A stretch of DNA of 64,000 bases from Myxococcota bacterium (GTDB lineage: Bacteria; Myxococcota_A; SURF-8): contig OZ223209.1 in NCBI GenBank assembly GCA_965140415.1, forward strand, positions 5,088,001 to 5,152,000. Direction: 5' to 3'. The notes below the pieces were generated by a model. That model had not been told where the DNA came from. It ran no database searches and worked only from the letters and a program-made list of their open reading frames with translations. Each line of letters begins with the position of its first letter. Within the stretch, counting starts at the first letter, position 1. Both the position numbers and the translations under genes were made by a program. This document shows, in pieces, positions 61,389 to 64,000 of the stretch.

Positions 61389-61661
61389 CTACAGGTCGCC
61401 GTCAGTGGCCATATCGCCATCAACCGTGATGTCGCCGTCTACGGTGATGTCGCCATCAACCGTGATGTCGCCGTCCACGGTCACATCGCCGTCCACGGTC
61501 ACGTCGCCATCTACTGTCACATCGCCGTCGGTGGTGCCGTCGCCGTCCACGGTGACGTCGCCATCGGTGGTGGTGTCATCATCGTCATCGCAGCCAACCA
61601 TAACCAACTGCAAACTGAACACGATTACCAGAACTAAGAAAAACAGGTGCTTGGCTTTCAT
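61389..61661 (-). CDS. DGD-repeat-only lipoprotein A (90 aa, 10 x 6-aa units)
   Basis: GGAGGAG RBS; signal MKAKHLFFLVLVIVFSLQLVMVG-C; CDDDDD then (xTxDGD)10. Confidence 0.8.
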   Translation of the reverse strand: MKAKHLFFLVLVIVFSLQLVMVGCDDDDDTTTDGDVTVDGDGTTDGDVTVDGDVTVDGDVTVDGDITVDGDITVDGDITVDGDMATDGDL

Positions 61662-61913
61662 CTCGCTCTCCTCCACGATTAAAATCTCACAACAAAATAC
61701 GCACAACGCGTAAAACAACTTCAGGGCGGTGATTGTGTATTGGAATTGCCGACATGTTTTAAAAAACGGAAGATTGCTGGGGATGTCATGGTTTGCGGAA
61801 TACGGATTTCATCTCAGCAGATTCCAGACGGCCAACTCCAACACGCTGTTTCCGAATGCGACAGACATTCGCTTCGCCCATAAAACCCCATGAAACAACA
61901 AATACGGGGCGCG

Positions 61914-61941
61914 ATTATACGGAAACTCGAAAAAGAATCAA
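61914..61941 (-). promoter_or_regulatory. Sigma70-type promoter for DGD lipoprotein A
   Basis: Minus strand TTGATT-16 bp-TATAAT. Confidence 0.5.
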
Positions 61942-62028
61942 CAAAAGAATTGTATAGACTGCTGATTTTCTTAATTTACAACAGGATGTAGCCTACGATC
62001 ACCCACTCATTGTACGCCTGAAAACGAC

Positions 62029-62055
62029 AGGCGCGAGGCGAAATGCCCCGCGCCT
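62029..62055 (-). terminator. Terminator of DGD lipoprotein B, paralogous to 61296-61326
   Basis: AGGCGCGAGGC-GAAAT-GCCCCGCGCCT; on the minus strand followed by GTCGTTTT. Confidence 0.7.
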
Positions 62056-62081
62056 TGTAAAACGTTTGACTATCGTTGGGA

Positions 62082-62645
62082 TTATTTACCCATTTCGACC
62101 AAGTCAACTTCCGCCAGATCGAATTCAGCCAGGTCAATTTCGAACATGTCGAAATCGCCGTCTGTGACCGCATCACCGTCAACAACTACATCGCCGTCAA
62201 CCACATCGCCGTCAACCACATCGCCGTCAACAACGACATCGCCGTCAACCGCATCACCATCAACAACGACATCGCCGTCAACCATGTCGCCGTCAACCAT
62301 GTCGCCGTCGGTCATGTCGCCGTCGGTCATGTCGCCGTCAACCATGTCACCGTCGGTGGTGTCGCCATCAGTGGTGTCGCCATCAACCGTGTCGCCGTCA
62401 ACCGTGTCGCCGTCAACCGTGTCGCCGTCAACCGTGTCGCCGTCAACCGTGTCGCCGTCGGTGGTGTCGCCGTCTGTGGTGTCGCCGTCTGTGGTGTCGC
62501 CATCAGCGTTGTCGCCATCAGCCATGTCGCCATCAGCCGTGTCACCGTCGACCGGGTCGTCGTCGTCATCACAGCCGACCATCGCCAACTGCATGCTGAA
62601 GACCAGAATCAGAACCAGGAAAAACAGGTGTTTACTTCTTTTCAT
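62082..62645 (-). CDS. DGD-repeat-only lipoprotein B (187 aa, 26 DGD units, mostly 5-aa period)
   Basis: GGAGGAG RBS; signal MKRSKHLFFLVLILVFSMQLAMVG-C; (xxDGD)n then FDMFE-IDLAE-FDLAE-VDLVE tail. Confidence 0.85.
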   Translation of the reverse strand: MKRSKHLFFLVLILVFSMQLAMVGCDDDDDPVDGDTADGDMADGDNADGDTTDGDTTDGDTTDGDTVDGDTVDGDTVDGDTVDGDTVDGDTTDGDTTDGDMVDGDMTDGDMTDGDMVDGDMVDGDVVVDGDAVDGDVVVDGDVVDGDVVDGDVVVDGDAVTDGDFDMFEIDLAEFDLAEVDLVEMGK

Positions 62646-62924
62646 CTCAATCTCCTCCCGTGTTGTGTTGGATGAAATCAGGTTACGCAGAATGCGCAAG
62701 GTATGCCCAGTAAATCGGAATCAAGCAAAGGATAGCCCGGTCCCCGAAGGAAGAGGCTTCTTCCTTTTGTATTTTCTGCACCGTCGCCAGGTGCATTCTC
62801 GATTGTAAGTCGATACGCAACATCACGTTCTCGTATACGTCCTTGGTTATAAAGGAACTATGTCGCCAGTTTTGTCCACGTCACCCTCCCAAGCACATAA
62901 GGCTTTAGGTGAGCAGTTTACTTC

Positions 62925-62941
62925 TGCAAATGTAATGCCAA
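62925..62941 (-). promoter_or_regulatory. Putative sigma54 promoter for DGD lipoprotein B
   Basis: Minus strand TTGGCAT-TACAT-TTGCA with correct GG-N10-GC spacing. Confidence 0.5.
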
Positions 62942-63275
62942 CCATCCTGTTACAATTTAATTATTCAGAATAATTAGATATTTTTCCATTTTCGGAACAC
63001 GAATAACAACAACCTGTGTACCCTGAGATTGAAAACCCGATCCGAATCTCGGACAAATATGTCAGGCTGTCAGGCAAACTTGCCCCCCAATTTGGAATGC
63101 CTCAAAAGAAAAGCAGATCGGAGGCTTCGGCAAGCAGCTTGCTCTTGACGACCACACATACAATGGAATATACTTAATAAATTGAATAGGTTCAGCGAAC
63201 TTTCGTTGAAAGCATCAGACGATCAGGGTTGTGGGTTAGGCTTTTTTTTCGACCCGTCAGGAAAAGAGCAGGCGC

Positions 63276-64000
63276 GTGACGACAAGCATTCATATCCCGC
63301 TTTCCCGCCCCTTCATGGGAGAGGAAGAAGTGGAAGCGGTTCGGCAAACTCTGCAATCCGGCTGGATTGCCGGGCAAGGTCCGGCCTGCGCGCGCGTGGA
63401 ACGCAAAATTCAAGACGATATGAAAACCCCCTATGCGGCGGTGATATCCAGTTGCACGGCAGCCTTGCATCTGGCGTTGCAAGTTTCCGGAATCGGCAAA
63501 GGCGACGAGGTCTTGGTCAGCGACTATTCCTTCCCCGCCACCGGTCACGCCGTGTTGTACGTGGGAGCGACTCCGGTTTTCGTTGATGTAGATCCCGCCA
63601 CGGGAAACGCTTCCGTTGAAACCTTGCAAGCCGCCCTGACAGAACGAACACGCGCAATCCTGCTCGTGCATACGTTCGGTCTGATGGCCGATATGGAGCC
63701 TATCGCCGAATTCGCCCGCGAACACGGCCTGCTGCTCATCGAAGACGCCGCCTGCGCCTACGGTGCGCTGGATGCACAGCAACAACCGCCAGGCAGGCAT
63801 TCCGATATCGCCTGCTTCTCTTTTCATGCGCGAAAGAATGCGACTTCCGGCGAAGGCGGCGGCCTGATTACGACACAACAGACCATTTACGACAAGGTGA
63901 AATCTCTTACTTTCTTCGGTGTGCGCTCCGCCTTGCAGCGCCGCGACGCCGAAAGCTTCCAGCTACCGGAGTTTGGCGAGCTTGGATATAATTACAAGCT
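63276..64000 (+). CDS. DegT/DnrJ/EryC1/StrS sugar aminotransferase, 3'-truncated by window edge (absent from ORF track)
   Basis: Manual translation from GTG 63276: IPLSRPFMGEEE..SGW..QGP, SSCTAALHLAL, GDEV, IEDAACAYG, CFSFHARKNATSGEGG. Confidence 0.92.
   Translation, partial: MTTSIHIPLSRPFMGEEEVEAVRQTLQSGWIAGQGPACARVERKIQDDMKTPYAAVISSCTAALHLALQVSGIGKGDEVLVSDYSFPATGHAVLYVGATPVFVDVDPATGNASVETLQAALTERTRAILLVHTFGLMADMEPIAEFAREHGLLLIEDAACAYGALDAQQQPPGRHSDIACFSFHARKNATSGEGGGLITTQQTIYDKVKSLTFFGVRSALQRRDAESFQLPEFGELGYNYK

Noticed and set aside
62146-62808. Plus-strand (SPSTV)n ORFs and regular 15/18-bp repeats, considered as a CRISPR array or mucin-like gene
   Set aside because: No unique spacers or cas genes. 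They are the reverse complement of DGD codons, and the minus-strand frame has the RBS and lipoprotein signal.

Overview
Chromosomal segment of a moderately GC-rich bacterium, probably a Myxococcota-like deltaproteobacterium (inferred from a MYXO-CTERM sorting signal, Cys-rich secreted proteins, era-der, glyQS and an HdrD/DsrK-like Fe-S protein). Housekeeping genes (glyQ, glyS, era, der, trmB, thiC, exbBD) are interspersed with many large secreted proteins and lipoproteins: S8 protease, GH36 glycosidase, alpha/beta hydrolase, deacetylase-CotH fusion, triple DUF1566, 5'-nucleotidase, EEP hydrolase and a 2048-aa Cys-repeat protein. The strongest unexplained pattern is an acidic DGD-repeat tract carried by 13 exported proteins. 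Two tandem paralogous lipoproteins consist of almost nothing but this tract. Also seen: a ~125-bp structured dispersed repeat (3 copies), three REP-like palindrome families, an AT-rich DUF1413 + cold-shock/DUF3825 two-gene cassette, a GYF_2-like gene split by an in-frame TGA, a sigma54-driven Zn-finger-like microprotein, a CxxC-less TlpA, and a leaderless marR with a paired operator. No rRNA, tRNA, CRISPR array, transposase, integrase or reverse transcriptase was recognised. All family calls come from motif recognition by eye; no database searches were run.
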